A stretch of DNA of 64,000 nt from Marsupella aquatica (Eukaryota; Plantae; Marchantiophyta), in NCBI GenBank assembly GCA_973895155.1, contig OZ316892.1, forward strand, positions 124,001-188,000, given 5' to 3'. The translations under genes were made by a program, and so were the position numbers. The notes under the pieces were generated by a model. The model was not told the DNA's origin, did not search any database, and saw only the letters and a program-made list of their open reading frames with translations. Each line of letters opens with the position of its first letter. The first letter of the stretch is position 1. Of the stretch, positions 1-11,300 are shown one piece after another.

Positions 1-974
1 TTGACATCTTAGTTGAGTATTGTCTCTAAGTCATAAGAAGAGTTTGCATACAGTAGCTGCCTTGCTGTGAACATGGTACTGGAAGGGAACTCACATTGGT
101 GACAGGAGACGAAAATCAAGGGCATAAAGATCAAATGCGCGGATGGCGACCTCCACCAGCAGAAAACTTCGAGCAATGAGTCGTCGAGTTCATCGACTTG
201 CAGGAAGCCTTTGGCCGAGACTGATGGATGTATTCAGATCTTCGAATACATCCATGTCGAAGATTAGATAATTCAATTCTAGTAAAGTGGCCATGTTCTT
301 CTGCTTCAAAGGGAGTTGACAGTCTGGATTCGACCAAAACGATATGAACTGTCTGAGCTTCTCAGATTCGCAAGATACGGTCGTGAAACGTGCTCGAAAG
401 CTTGTTAGCTACTCTGGGGTTAGGGAAGGCGTAAGGGAATAATTCTCAAATGACGCGAGAATGGAAAGATGCACTGTACAGTACTATCGTGGATTATCGG
501 ACAAGGCAGGAAAGTGGACTGTATTTGCAGTAGAAACTTTGCTACGTTGACCGCATGATTGAATCCGAAAGCTCATAGACCGTGCGCGTGAACGTAGAAG
601 GGAGCATAGTTCTGCAAGGAATAGTGGAGTAGCATGCTTCTGGAGGTATTCTATGTTGCGAGCAAACAGGAGTTTTGCTAGCGAGGCACACATGCTAGCG
701 AGGCAACTTTCTGGGTACCATCAGGGTAACTGAGGGGGATTCCGAAGTAAGATTGTGGATTGTTTTATTCTAAAACAGCTATGAAAAAGGGAAAACCAGA
801 TACTTGAACATCCACAACCCAGAAACTTGAGATCTTTACAACCTTAAATTGAATGACGAGGCATCATCAATCTCAACAGAACTAGTTTAGAAACCTTTCA
901 CAATCCACCTTTAATAAAACTATGTATTGATATACATGTTCTGGAATGAGATTCCATCCAAAATTGATCATTAG

Positions 975-1550
975 TCATTGAGAATCCTCTGATTCCAAAT
1001 CATCTGAAGAATTACTAGGATTGCTACTCAACTCCCTATCAATCTTCTCAGCTGATTCGTCAAAATACTATGCGACAATACCAGTCTCATCATCTATGAA
1101 CTGAGGGCAGTAAAGGGCATTTTTAGCACCCCTCACTAACCGCAGACCTTTCCCCTCCCAAGTCAAAATGACTGGCGCTTCATCAACCTCCTTTGCAGAC
1201 TTTTCAGCATAGCAAGGAAGCGTGAATCCCTTCTCAGGGGTCACAAGAAAATTATCCTCGATTTATTTTTGAAGACGGAATCTCTCCTCCAAAAACCAAT
1301 GCGAATGCCTATCACTGAAGAAATCACCAACATAGGATCAATACTACGCATCCGAAAATTCTAGAAATAATAGAAACACACCAAATAGGGAGTTCTACAT
1401 CAAAGGCCAAGTACTTTACTCCACGTCGAATTCATCCTTCTCGTCTGAAGGTCCGCCCTGATCATCTCCTGGGATGGTGAACTCATCGTCCGATCCTTCA
1501 TCATTGGGGTCCTCTTTCTTCTGATCTGCGGCCCCTTTCAACTTCTAGGC
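975..1550 (-). pseudogene. 3' end of a third, diverged copy of the ParB-MTase accessory gene (acidic exon, intron 1309-1419, last exon)
   Basis: Minus-strand translation HWFLEERFRLQK*IEDNFLVTPEKGFTLPCYAEK...LTWEGKGLRLVRG...PQFIDDE aligns with the last exons at 35324-35633 and 58838-59132 (EWNLHERFDLQRK...TPEKPFVLPSYAE...LTWENKGLRLRRG...HPFVDD). Same GA|GTAA...AG|G intron. Cut off at about 1551 by an LTR. Confidence 0.75.
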
Positions 1551-1551
1551 A

Positions 1552-3243
1552 TGTTGAAATGCCAAAATTTTAGCAAATTAGATTAGTGGAATTTAAGTTA
1601 ATTATCGAGTTACAGTTAAGTAGAGGTCGGATCACTAGGGCAATCACTATTTAAACCCTAAAAACCTGACCAGAACTTCATTTTATCCAATCGAGGTTCA
1701 ATTTTTGGTCTAGCGGCAACTTTACAGAGATGGAACAATCTGGAGTCATATGCGTAGTTGTAGTAACCATTGAAGCAATTTGGGGCATGCATGGTAGTGA
1801 GATAGTTTATGAGGATGCGATATTCTATTGGAAGATGGAAAAATGTGTGCCTTAGGGCCAAGTGCTCGCAGAGTTAGACTGAGCAGAGAAAATCAGAATG
1901 CAGGGTTGTCAATGCACAATCGAGTCAATCACTTTTGTTGAACAGTAGGTTTAGGGCAATACATGTATACACAGTTTCTTTGTGCAAATCAATATCGTTG
2001 TCTATCAAGTGTGGGAAGAAGCTGGATGCCAACTGTTTGGAGTCACTCGGCAGGAATTTCTCATGAAAATTGGTACACAAGCGAGAGATTATTTTTGTGT
2101 CATGAATGAGTGTTGGGCAGTGAGAATCGCGGAGAATAGGACCTCGGAGGAAAACTAAATAGATATTAGGGTTCCAGAAGATGAGAACCAACCCAACATA
2201 CCGACGATCAGGGGCAGGAGCCAGCGAAACAAGAGTGGAACAAGTGGAGGTCACGTACCATTCAAGCGCTTAACCTTGGAGCAACAGAAACAGAGGACGA
2301 AACCAAGACTGATCATTCATGAGAACGATTAACTGAAGAGCAACCAGGTAAGAGGTGTACTATCCAGTAGCAAGTAACAATTGAGAGTTACTAGGACAAG
2401 TAACGATTAACAAGTGACTTGAGTGGAATAAAACGTTTACAAAAACCGAATAAGCAGTTTGACAGTTACAACTGCTAATCGTTAGGAGAAGTTAGAAAAA
2501 CCTGTTTGTATGAGAGATATAGGGTAGCAGAGTAGGAGTGAGAGGGGTCTTTTGTTGTGGAAACTTTGAGGATCAGGAAGCTAGAGAGGCAGTCCAGGAG
2601 GAGGTAGTGCCAGATTGCTAGACCTGGAGGTAGATGGAAGCTCATGGAAGAAAAACCATCTAAAGAAATTGATGTGTTGACTTCATGGAATGAAAGATGC
2701 AATCAAGGCCTATTGGCAGAACTTCAGGAAGAATTTGATTACATAGCTTGTATTTGTTGTATGTCAATAGACTTAAAACTAAGAAGTTGATAGTGAAAAA
2801 GAGATGGCTGGAAATAGTAACATTTGACGATGGGAAATTCCTTTGGATTTGGTTGGAACCTATAAAAAGGAGAATCAGAATACTATGGCATGTGGTAATC
2901 GAGATTGCAAACTGTTAAGGAAATCCATGCAAGAGTAGAATACAGAGTAAGTAATAAGAGATGATGTATAAGAGAAACCCAAAGTAGTGTAATATGGAAT
3001 TAGCACCTTTGATTGGTCGTTTGAACTTGAAGGAGAGTCAGGCCAATGTCTCGAGTAATCGCACAAGTTACCTCTATCTAATTGTCTGGAAGACTAGATA
3101 GCAGGTGGAAAGTGTATAAGAAATCTAGTAAATTGGGACTGTATGATGTTTAATTGACATAGGGAAGGACATTAATGGTGTTGGGAGTCATGGTGGAGGA
3201 TTAATTCAGGGATCTAGCAATTAGTCAATTACAACGGTTAACA
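1552..3243 (+). mobile_element. 5' LTR of an old non-chromovirus Ty3/gypsy-like element (internal region interrupted at 3923 and resuming at 60449)
   Basis: TGTTGA...TTAACA termini followed after 4 nt by a PBS-like sequence; no long ORFs. The partner LTR is not in the window, so the left boundary is unverified. Confidence 0.5.
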
Positions 3244-3247
3244 TTTT

Positions 3248-3265
3248 TGGCGACCATATTGGGGA
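3248..3265 (+). promoter_or_regulatory. Degenerate primer-binding site (tRNA-Arg-like)
   Basis: TGGCGACCATATTGGGGA resembles the TGGCGACTCCRCTGGGGA tRNA-Arg PBS of Tat/Ogre elements and lies directly after ...AACA. Confidence 0.55.
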
Positions 3266-4345
3266 TCTGCCGATTAAGGATCCTCGGATTGAGGAAGCCG
3301 CTAACACTTGTGGCCCAGACCAGAGTCAAGAAATGGGAGTAAGGGAAAGAAAGTACAATCGACACTCGTAATGGGATCAAGAAATGAATTCTGGACTTTG
3401 TTTGTATTTAGTGAGGATAGTGAACTACCAATGATAAGTACTTTGAGCGAAGTAGAATACAGAGCGTTGAGCAAAGGAGAAGTTCAGATAGAAGGAGGAG
3501 GGGTGATCCTGTTGATTCATAACTCCCCCACTTATACGAAATTAACTATGCAAGAATTGCAGAAGAGAATTTGGGGACCAGTGAGACCGGCCAGATACAA
3601 GAAGAAGGCGGAAGGAAATCAATTTGTTATGAGCCAGCAAGATAAGGAACAATTCAAGAAAGGGGCCGTGTGTACCCGTGAGGCCACCCAACAAGAGTAA
3701 GGATTTGGAAAAGATTCTAGTTGTATGTTTATGGCAAAGGTCGGAATATCCAACATCGATGGCATTACAGATTGGACGGGTGCTGAGGAGATTGCAGAGG
3801 AAACTGAGGGAGAACACAACAAATGAGGACGGGAGTCTGTTCTAGAGCAAAGAAGAGGTGTTTGATTATAACATGTTAAAGGAGTTGTTGTAGCTATGTG
3901 AGACACAACTGATGTTACCAGAGGGCCCAACCTCCGTGACAGGAAACAGGAAACAGTAATGCTCATAATAGGAAAAAGAGTGTGTGACGGGTACCCCGTC
4001 ACGGGAAGTCACACATAACTGGTTGCAAAGGCCGATACCTTGTTAATAGTCAATGTAAATAAGCCATTTTTTAATTTTTAGTTAATTCCGTCATTATAGG
4101 TTGATGATGCCCCAGGTGACTTTATATTCTTTCTCTCATAATAGTTCTAAGATTTGCGGCGACCTAAGTGGGCAAATATTTTGGGACCTTGAAACTAGCC
4201 AGGACCAGCCCCATAGGACTTACCGTTTTGCTTCAAGAGCTATTGTTGAGACCCCCATTGCAAAGTCAGGAGAGGGGGGGGTTTTTTTTTAAATAAATCC
4301 CTCCTCAGGAGGGCGAGTCCCATTAGTGGCCGTCCGAGAGAAAGA

Positions 4346-4670
4346 GGGGCTGCCTCGCGAGCCCATAGGGCTGCGTGCCCGGGCAATTAATGGGGCTCCG
4401 CGAGCTGAAGGGGCTGCCTCGCGAGCCCATAGGGCTGCGTGCCCGGGCAATTAATGAGGCTCCGCGAGCTGAAGGAGCGCAAGCGAGCGGGGGGGGGGGA
4501 GTTAAAGGGCCTCCCGCGAGCTGGGAGGATCACGCGAGCGGGGGGGAGTTAAAGGGCCTCCCGCGAGCTGGGAGGATCACGCGAGCGGGGGGGAGTTAAA
4601 GGGCCTCCCGCGAGCTGGGAGGATCACGCGAGCGGGGGGGAGTTGAAGGGCCTCCCGCGAGCCGGGAGGA
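4346..4670 (+). repeat. GC-rich tandem arrays in the LTR (64-bp unit x2, then 47-bp unit x about 3.5); repeated at 15043-15367
   Basis: GTT(A/G)AAGGGCCTCCCGCGAG units start at 4501, 4548, 4595 and 4642; GGGGCTGCCTCGCGAGCCCATAGGG units start at 4346 and 4410. Confidence 0.9.
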
Positions 4671-5093
4671 ATGGCCGCGCACCCTGCATAGGGCCGCGCG
4701 CAGGAGGACGCAAGGGTAAGGCCCGAGAAATGGGCCGGGGCGCATGGCGAAGGCGCCAGGAGTTTTTTCGGTTCTATTTTTTTTTCCTTCCTTTTTCTTT
4801 CCCTCTTCCTTTTGCACGACCCTCTCATTGCCGAAAGCAAAAACGGGGTTCTTCTCTCTCTTGCCGGAAGCTCTCTCCAGATTCTAATTATTTTTGAAGC
4901 TCTCTCTTTCATGGTGGATTAGTGGGGCTTGCTGGCGTCATTCTTCCAGGCATTAGTGGCGGCCGCACGGAGTAGTGACGGGAAATTGAGAGAATTTAAG
5001 TGATCGGGCTACGGGGGCTGTTTCGGGCCAGGGAATTGACATTGCCACGGGTGACGGGATTGGTGATTGAGAAATTGATTTCGGGATGCATGG

Positions 5094-6950
5094 ATGCTAG
5101 ATCAACCAGAGTTTAGTGCGTCACGCATTCGGAGATACAAGGCTGCTTACCGTGACTACGTGGAGACTCGGATTACACGGGAAAGGGAAGAGAGAGAAGT
5201 TATGATGAGCACGGGATTGGCAGCGGGTTCCTCACCGGTGGGTAGGAAGATTTTTCGTCGAATTTATCCCAAGACCTCCACCAAGGTGATGGAGGATTGT
5301 CGGAACATTTTCCAAGCCACCGGGCTTACAGAATTCATGAAGGTGGAGATTACCATCCCTTCAGGGAAGAGCTGGGACATTGAGGCCGGGATGGAGTTCC
5401 GAACGGAGGGAATCTACTTTGAATGTCTCAAACGTGTAGTGCCCCATGTGGAGTTGGCTAAGCTATTGTTTCTTGAGAATCAGAAATTCTCATTCACACC
5501 TCGGAATATCAGGGGAGAACTCACGTTGAAAATGGTGGCCACTTGGGTGACCAATCCTACCTCCACCACCGCCATCCCTCTTTCTGCTGTCAAGGATGTT
5601 GAGTATAAGGGCTTCCTGGCCAAGGTGCATCAACGGGTTCTTGGCAACGTGCAATCCGGAGTGCTGAATGAGGAGCATTTCGTGGTAGCTATGGACATCA
5701 AGAACTACCCAGCCCATGTGTACGGATGGTGGTGCTACGGATTGAAGAAGCTATTGGCCGCTGAGCCCGGGAGTGTGAAACCAGGTGGGGCTGTACATTT
5801 GATGGGGTCATTTGTATTGGCCAGGGCAGAAGGGTTGATTGGTTCTCCGGGGCATGAAGACACGGGATCATCTCTCACCACGGAGATCCGGAGTATTGCC
5901 ACTACCGTTTTAGGGAAGCTCACGGAGGAATCATTGTCTGCTGGTGGGGAGGATAATAGAGAAGAAGAGAACCAGGAGGATGATTGCACATTGGAGTGGC
6001 TTGAATCACTCGTGGGAGATCCGAAACAGCCTCTGGAATACAACATTCCGGATGTTTACTTGGCAGAGCTACGGGATTTCAGAGAGGGAGTCCACGAGGG
6101 ACTCAAGCTAGTCCACGCATTGAGGGAGTCTCTCAAGCACGCCACAGTCAAAGTAGAGACGTTAGAGCAGAGCATCCTGTCACTGAAGGAGGTGATCAAG
6201 ACCAAGGAGCAGACCATTCATGAGAAGGTCAGGCACATCAATGCAGCTCACGTAGAGATCACCAACTTGAAGGGAGCTTTGTCCACCAAGGCCAAGGAAG
6301 CAGAAGAAGTAGGAGCGTTGAGGCAAGCATTGGCCAAAGAGAAGCAAAATTCTGGAGAAGTGATGGAGTGGAGGAACCAGGTGGGAGCACTACGGAGTCA
6401 GGTGGCAGCCTTTGAGACACGAGCGAAGAGAAGTGAGGCCCTGAGTCTAGGGAAACGGAAGAGTCCCGGCACACCTGGCTCCACACTTTCCCCGGATGTG
6501 ATCTCCCAAGCTATCGAGATGGTGGTGAAGGAGGTTAGTGGGAAGTATGGACCCTTGTTGGATGGAGCCAAGAAGAGTCAGGAGAAGAGTAAGAGCTTGG
6601 AGAAGAAGCTCCGGGAGGTACGGAAATCGTTACGGGAGGCTCAGGTCAGTACGGGGATGCCACCCAGGTCTGTCACCCCCGGGACTCCCATGGCCACGGG
6701 GCAAGTTCTACCGTTGGAGTTGCGGTCCGGAGAAGAGGCTACCCTCTGGAAGGACACAATTGGTGAGGGGTACATCAAGGCGTGGCAGGCCTTGGCTGCT
6801 TTGAGGAAGCGCGGGAGCAGCAGCACTAAGAGTACTCCGTCGAAGAAGAAGAAAAGTACGGTGGCACTCACTCCCGTGAGTGATGAGGAGGAGGACCACT
6901 CACGGGGCACAAGTCCGGGCACCGAGAGCGAAGAAGAAGAGGAGGATTAG
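5094..6950 (+). CDS. LTR-encoded 618-aa protein of unknown function (globular N-terminus, coiled coil, basic NLS-like and acidic tail)
   Basis: Open 618-codon ATG ORF wholly within the 5' LTR; heptad-like segment (VETLEQSILSLKEVIKTKEQ...), PSKKKK motif, EEEEED end. Confidence 0.85.
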   Translation: MLDQPEFSASRIRRYKAAYRDYVETRITREREEREVMMSTGLAAGSSPVGRKIFRRIYPKTSTKVMEDCRNIFQATGLTEFMKVEITIPSGKSWDIEAGMEFRTEGIYFECLKRVVPHVELAKLLFLENQKFSFTPRNIRGELTLKMVATWVTNPTSTTAIPLSAVKDVEYKGFLAKVHQRVLGNVQSGVLNEEHFVVAMDIKNYPAHVYGWWCYGLKKLLAAEPGSVKPGGAVHLMGSFVLARAEGLIGSPGHEDTGSSLTTEIRSIATTVLGKLTEESLSAGGEDNREEENQEDDCTLEWLESLVGDPKQPLEYNIPDVYLAELRDFREGVHEGLKLVHALRESLKHATVKVETLEQSILSLKEVIKTKEQTIHEKVRHINAAHVEITNLKGALSTKAKEAEEVGALRQALAKEKQNSGEVMEWRNQVGALRSQVAAFETRAKRSEALSLGKRKSPGTPGSTLSPDVISQAIEMVVKEVSGKYGPLLDGAKKSQEKSKSLEKKLREVRKSLREAQVSTGMPPRSVTPGTPMATGQVLPLELRSGEEATLWKDTIGEGYIKAWQALAALRKRGSSSTKSTPSKKKKSTVALTPVSDEEEDHSRGTSPGTESEEEEED

Positions 6951-8081
6951 ATAGGCGTACGGACGTGGGTGTACGGCCTCCAGATTTCCAACATTTTAGT
7001 GGGGGGTCACTCATGGGCTTGTTGGGATGAGCTCGCGGAGCTGATTCCAACAAGAGGCGGCGCTCCTCAAACGGAGCCAGGATGAGCAAGTTATGGCCTG
7101 GAGAACTTATGTTTTTGCGGTACGGAAACGGCCATAACTCAGGCGTCTGAAGTCCGTTGAGGGAGCGACTTAGTGATTCGGAAGCAGGAAAAGAAGAGCT
7201 ATCCAGGGGTGAGCTCAGGTGTGCACTTGGAAGGGCACCTAGTTTCGGCCATTTTGGGGTGCCTCTCACTTTCAGGGTTCACGTGTACTGTTGGGGCGCC
7301 GTCGAAGGCACCGTCGGCCCCCTTGTTTTGGGTTTAGGGTTTTAGCAGCATGTGTGTGCCGCATGCTCCTCTTCAGTTTAAGGATTTCTCTTAGTGCAAG
7401 GTTTTAGCGGCGCCGCTAGGGTAGCCGCCACCGTTGTGACCCTGTGAGGGGTGCTTTGGTGTGATTTTTCAGTATTTAGGGGGATAGCCCCGAAGTAGTT
7501 AGGGGGACTCAGTGTGAAGTTAGCAAGGAGGGATAGAGTGGAGCCTGAGGAGTTTGAAAGCGTGTTCAGAGTAGTGAGGGGGAGCCATACTCATTGTCCG
7601 GAGAGGCAGGAGTTGAGTAGACGGCAGGAGGCCGGGTTACTCATGCAATGTGTATCGTTTTTCCCAAGAGATATGGATCTGTACATTTGACTTGATGGGC
7701 TTTTGTTGTGTGTTCCTTCTCCCTTTTTCGCTTTCCGAATTGTGTTCTCCCGTTCTATGATTTGAAGAAACTTGCTTGGTTTGAGTCGGCCTTGTGAGTA
7801 GGGGTGGTGACAGCACTCTTTGGGTGACTCCGAGTGAAGGTGTAGTGGGGTAGTCGGCAGGACTTGATCAAAAGCTGTGGGGTGAGGGTAGTCGGTAGAC
7901 TTGATCAAAACCTACATTTCCGGGAGCGGAAACCAAAATACTCATCCTGGTGTGAAAAGAATCCAAATAGCGTCCCTCCACGACCCCGTAATACGATACC
8001 AACGGTTTAAGCGAAGAAAAGTGCGGTTTGCACGTATTAACCGTTGGAGAGGCAAGTGACATAAGTGTGGTCTTTTGTTTT

Positions 8082-8099
8082 TGGCGCCGCTGCCGGGGA
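8082..8099 (+). promoter_or_regulatory. Primer-binding site, tRNA-Asp
   Basis: TGGCGCCGCTGCCGGGGA, a near-match to the Athila-type TGGCGCCGTTGCCGGGGA; 20 nt downstream of the LTR end. Confidence 0.85.
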
Positions 8100-8316
8100 A
8101 TCCTTCTTCTTGTTTGACGACACGAAGGAGGGGAGCTACGTCTATTGGGAGTTCAAACCTATCAACCACAACGCAACTTGCGACGGTTGATACGTGAGAA
8201 GTTTGTTGGTTACTTTGTTATTGTACGTCAACCACAACGCATCGTGCGACGGTTGATGTTTACAAATATTGCTTTCTGAGACATTGGTGTAAGTTTGGAA
8301 TGCAGGTCTCAATGGG

Positions 8317-11300
8317 ATGCCGAGAGGGAGAAGGGGAGGTAGAGGAAGTCCCCAACACACACGTACCCCAAGATCAGAGCTAGAAGGGGGGCCCTCTTGG
8401 ATTGGGACCAGACGACGAGTTGCTGCCGAAGAACGCTTACGGCTTGCAGAAGAGAGGAGGTTGCCACTGGTGCTGGAAGAACAAGTTGGTGTGCAACAGG
8501 AAGAGGCTCAACGTAATGAGGCCATATGCCCAGACGAAGAGCCAGACATAGATCACGAGCGAGAAGAAGGAGAGCCCTTTGTGTTGGTGCAGTCTGAGTT
8601 ACAAAATCTGATCCCAGAGCTCACTGCATTGCCACAAATCATCTCACACCTATCATCGGTGCTGTTACCGGTGGCCCAACAAGCGCCATTACCACCTGTG
8701 TTGATACAGGCACCGGCTGCACCGATGGCAGCTGCACAACGTACCCGTGTTCAGTACGTACCCTTCAAGGGGAGACCAAAGGATGATCCAGACGAATGGA
8801 TTGAGGAGTTTGAAGGGATTGCCGAAGCTAATGGGGAGTCTGCACATAAGCTCACTATCATTCCTGGAATGATGAGAGGGGAGGCAGGTCCATGGTTCAT
8901 TTCGTTGTTGGCCAACGTGAAAGCTGATTGGGCTCTGTTCAAGCAAGCCTTCTTGAAGGAGTTCAGATCCATAGGAGTGGAGGCCACCTCACTATTAAAG
9001 GTGGGCCAACTCAGGATGAAGAAGAAGGAGTCATTACGGAGGTTTTTGCAAAGGTTCCAAAAGCTGGTACGTCGGATCCAAGCCCGTACCGATGATGCTA
9101 TGCGTCAAGCCTGGTTTGTGGCTGCCCTACCAAGCAAGATGGGGTTCTTTGTACGTCAAGCCAAGCCAACCACATTGGCTGAAGCTATTGCAGCAGCGGA
9201 GTCATACACCGCAGCTGATGCCACAAGCAAGCGTTGCCGAAGAAAGAAGCTGAAGCCGGTTGACAGTTCCTCCAGTGAGGAGTCGAGTGGATCTGATTCA
9301 GATAGTAGTGATGAATCTGAGGATTCTGAGAGTACTACAGAGTCAGACACTACGGAGTCAGAAGCTGAAAGACGAAGGAGGAAGAAGAAGAAGTTGTCAA
9401 AGAAAGTCAAGAAGTCCTCTCACCGTGAAGTGATACTACCCACGGTGGCCGTTACACCATTGTCTACGGCAAGACGCCTGAAGGAGCAAGAGGCCAGATA
9501 TGATGAGCTGACGGAGCAAATGAAAGCGTTGAAAGTACATTTTGCCGGACTCAAACCTGAGAGGAGAAAAGTTCCGGTGGAGAGAGCCAATGTGTGGTGC
9601 ACCAAGTGCATGAAGTTTGGTCATGCCCCGAAGGAGTGCCCAGCGGGAGAACCAGCCAAGGTTTTCCAAGTACGGGAGGAGGATGTTGAGGGGGCAAGCT
9701 ACTCAAATCCTTCATATGCAGCGGAAGGGCCAATAGAGTACTTCATGGAGGAGCCACCAGAGGCCAACGTGTATAGTGTACAACCTCTCAACCCGGGACC
9801 ACGGAGCATTCATGGAGTTTCAACAAACGCCGGAGCACCCGCATACTCCAACTATCCCAACGCTAACCCAGGGAATCGACCACCGTACCCTGGAGTGAGG
9901 AAGATCCCTATTTGTTACAATTGTAGAGTGGCGGGCCACTACGCTAATGTGTGCCCAGAGCCCACCCGTCAAGGCAATGGAGATTTTGCCCGGCTGTGTC
10001 AACTATGCAAGGGGGAGGGTCATCTTGCACCACACTGCCCAACCTTGGAGGCGTTCAAGGCTCAACCGATTGGGGCACAAGAGAAGAAGGGGCCGCCACC
10101 TCCTCTGAAAGAAGCTAGCGTCAACTTTCTCACCACGGAAGCAGTCGACACCCCTCTAATCACTAGAAGAGAAGAAACCGTAGTGAACATTCCCAAGCAA
10201 AGGATGACCACCATAACGGAGGAGGTGGTACCGCTAGTCGTTGTAGTATCTCCAGTTGTTGAGATACCGGTGGTTGTTGTTGCAACATCTACGGAAGTTG
10301 AAGTTGCTAACCCCTCACCCCCAAGTCATGAGTGGACTCATGCTGAGAATCTACCGGAGGAAGACAGCGACGAGGAGAGAAGGCATTACTCTTGTTACCG
10401 AGTCTCCACTCGATCCGGCAAAAAGAAGGGCAAGTCCGAGCTCAAGCAGAAGTACAAGGAGGTGCATCAAGCTTCCACATCGGGTACCTCACACGAACCG
10501 GAGGTGCCACCCATGGAGGATAGTGACTTTGATCGGGACAACCCCAAGTTGTTCTATCCGAAGGTGGGAGAAGAGGTACGTAAGCAGTTGGAGGAGCTAG
10601 AAGCACAAGCCATGCAAGCGGCCATTGACAAAGACATGGAGGAGGCAAAGGCCAGAAAGAAAGCGGAGGAGAGGGTTGTTCGTTGGAAACCGGGAGAAGA
10701 GGTCATCCCACCCATACCTCCTGCAACCGCGTACAACATTGCTCAAGACATTCTGGATTGCCCAGTCAGTGCCACAATTGGTCAACTATTACGGGATAGC
10801 TCCCTATACCGTCGCCAAGTCAAGGAGATTCTCATGAGGAGGAGACGTAGAAGAAGGTTACCCAAAGTTGGGGCTGACCCCATACAAGTCAACTGGGTCA
10901 CGGAGGATTTGGGTGCCCCAGAACTCACGGTGGACATCAATGGATGTGCAATACGGTTTGTACCGGTGGACGGGGGCTCGGGAGTCAACATCATGACTGA
11001 GGAGACGGCAAACCGGTTGGGGTATACAGAGTTAGAACCACCGGCACGTGCCATGAGGTTGGCTGATGGTGCACGGGTGGTGCCGTTGGGGTGTCTCACC
11101 AAGATTCCAACAATGATTGGGGGAAAATCTTTCCCCCTCAACTATTTGGTGATGCGACCCGTTCGGCCGTACGGTTTTCCCATTTTAATTGGCAGGCCAT
11201 GGTTGTATGTGGCCAAGGTCACAAGTGATTGGGGCAAACGGCAGTTTCGGTTTGGTATCCCCACTATCACTATTCCATGGTCAGCGGAGTCACCTCACGG

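Larger units (their letters stand above)
3983..8061 (+). repeat. 5' LTR (4079 bp)
   Basis: Direct repeat of 14680-18758 at offset 10697; TGTGAC...GTGACA. Confidence 0.97.

Noticed and set aside
1-960. Short minus-strand ORFs 131-337 and 484-693
   Set aside because: No recognisable motifs; may be degenerate parts of the third element but cannot be supported.
5094-6950. env-like gene
   Set aside because: No evident signal peptide or transmembrane segment; basic NLS-like and acidic tail instead.
7403-7418. TAGCGGCGCCGCTA palindrome in the gypsy LTR as a member of the motif family
   Set aside because: Different length and core; single occurrence per LTR.
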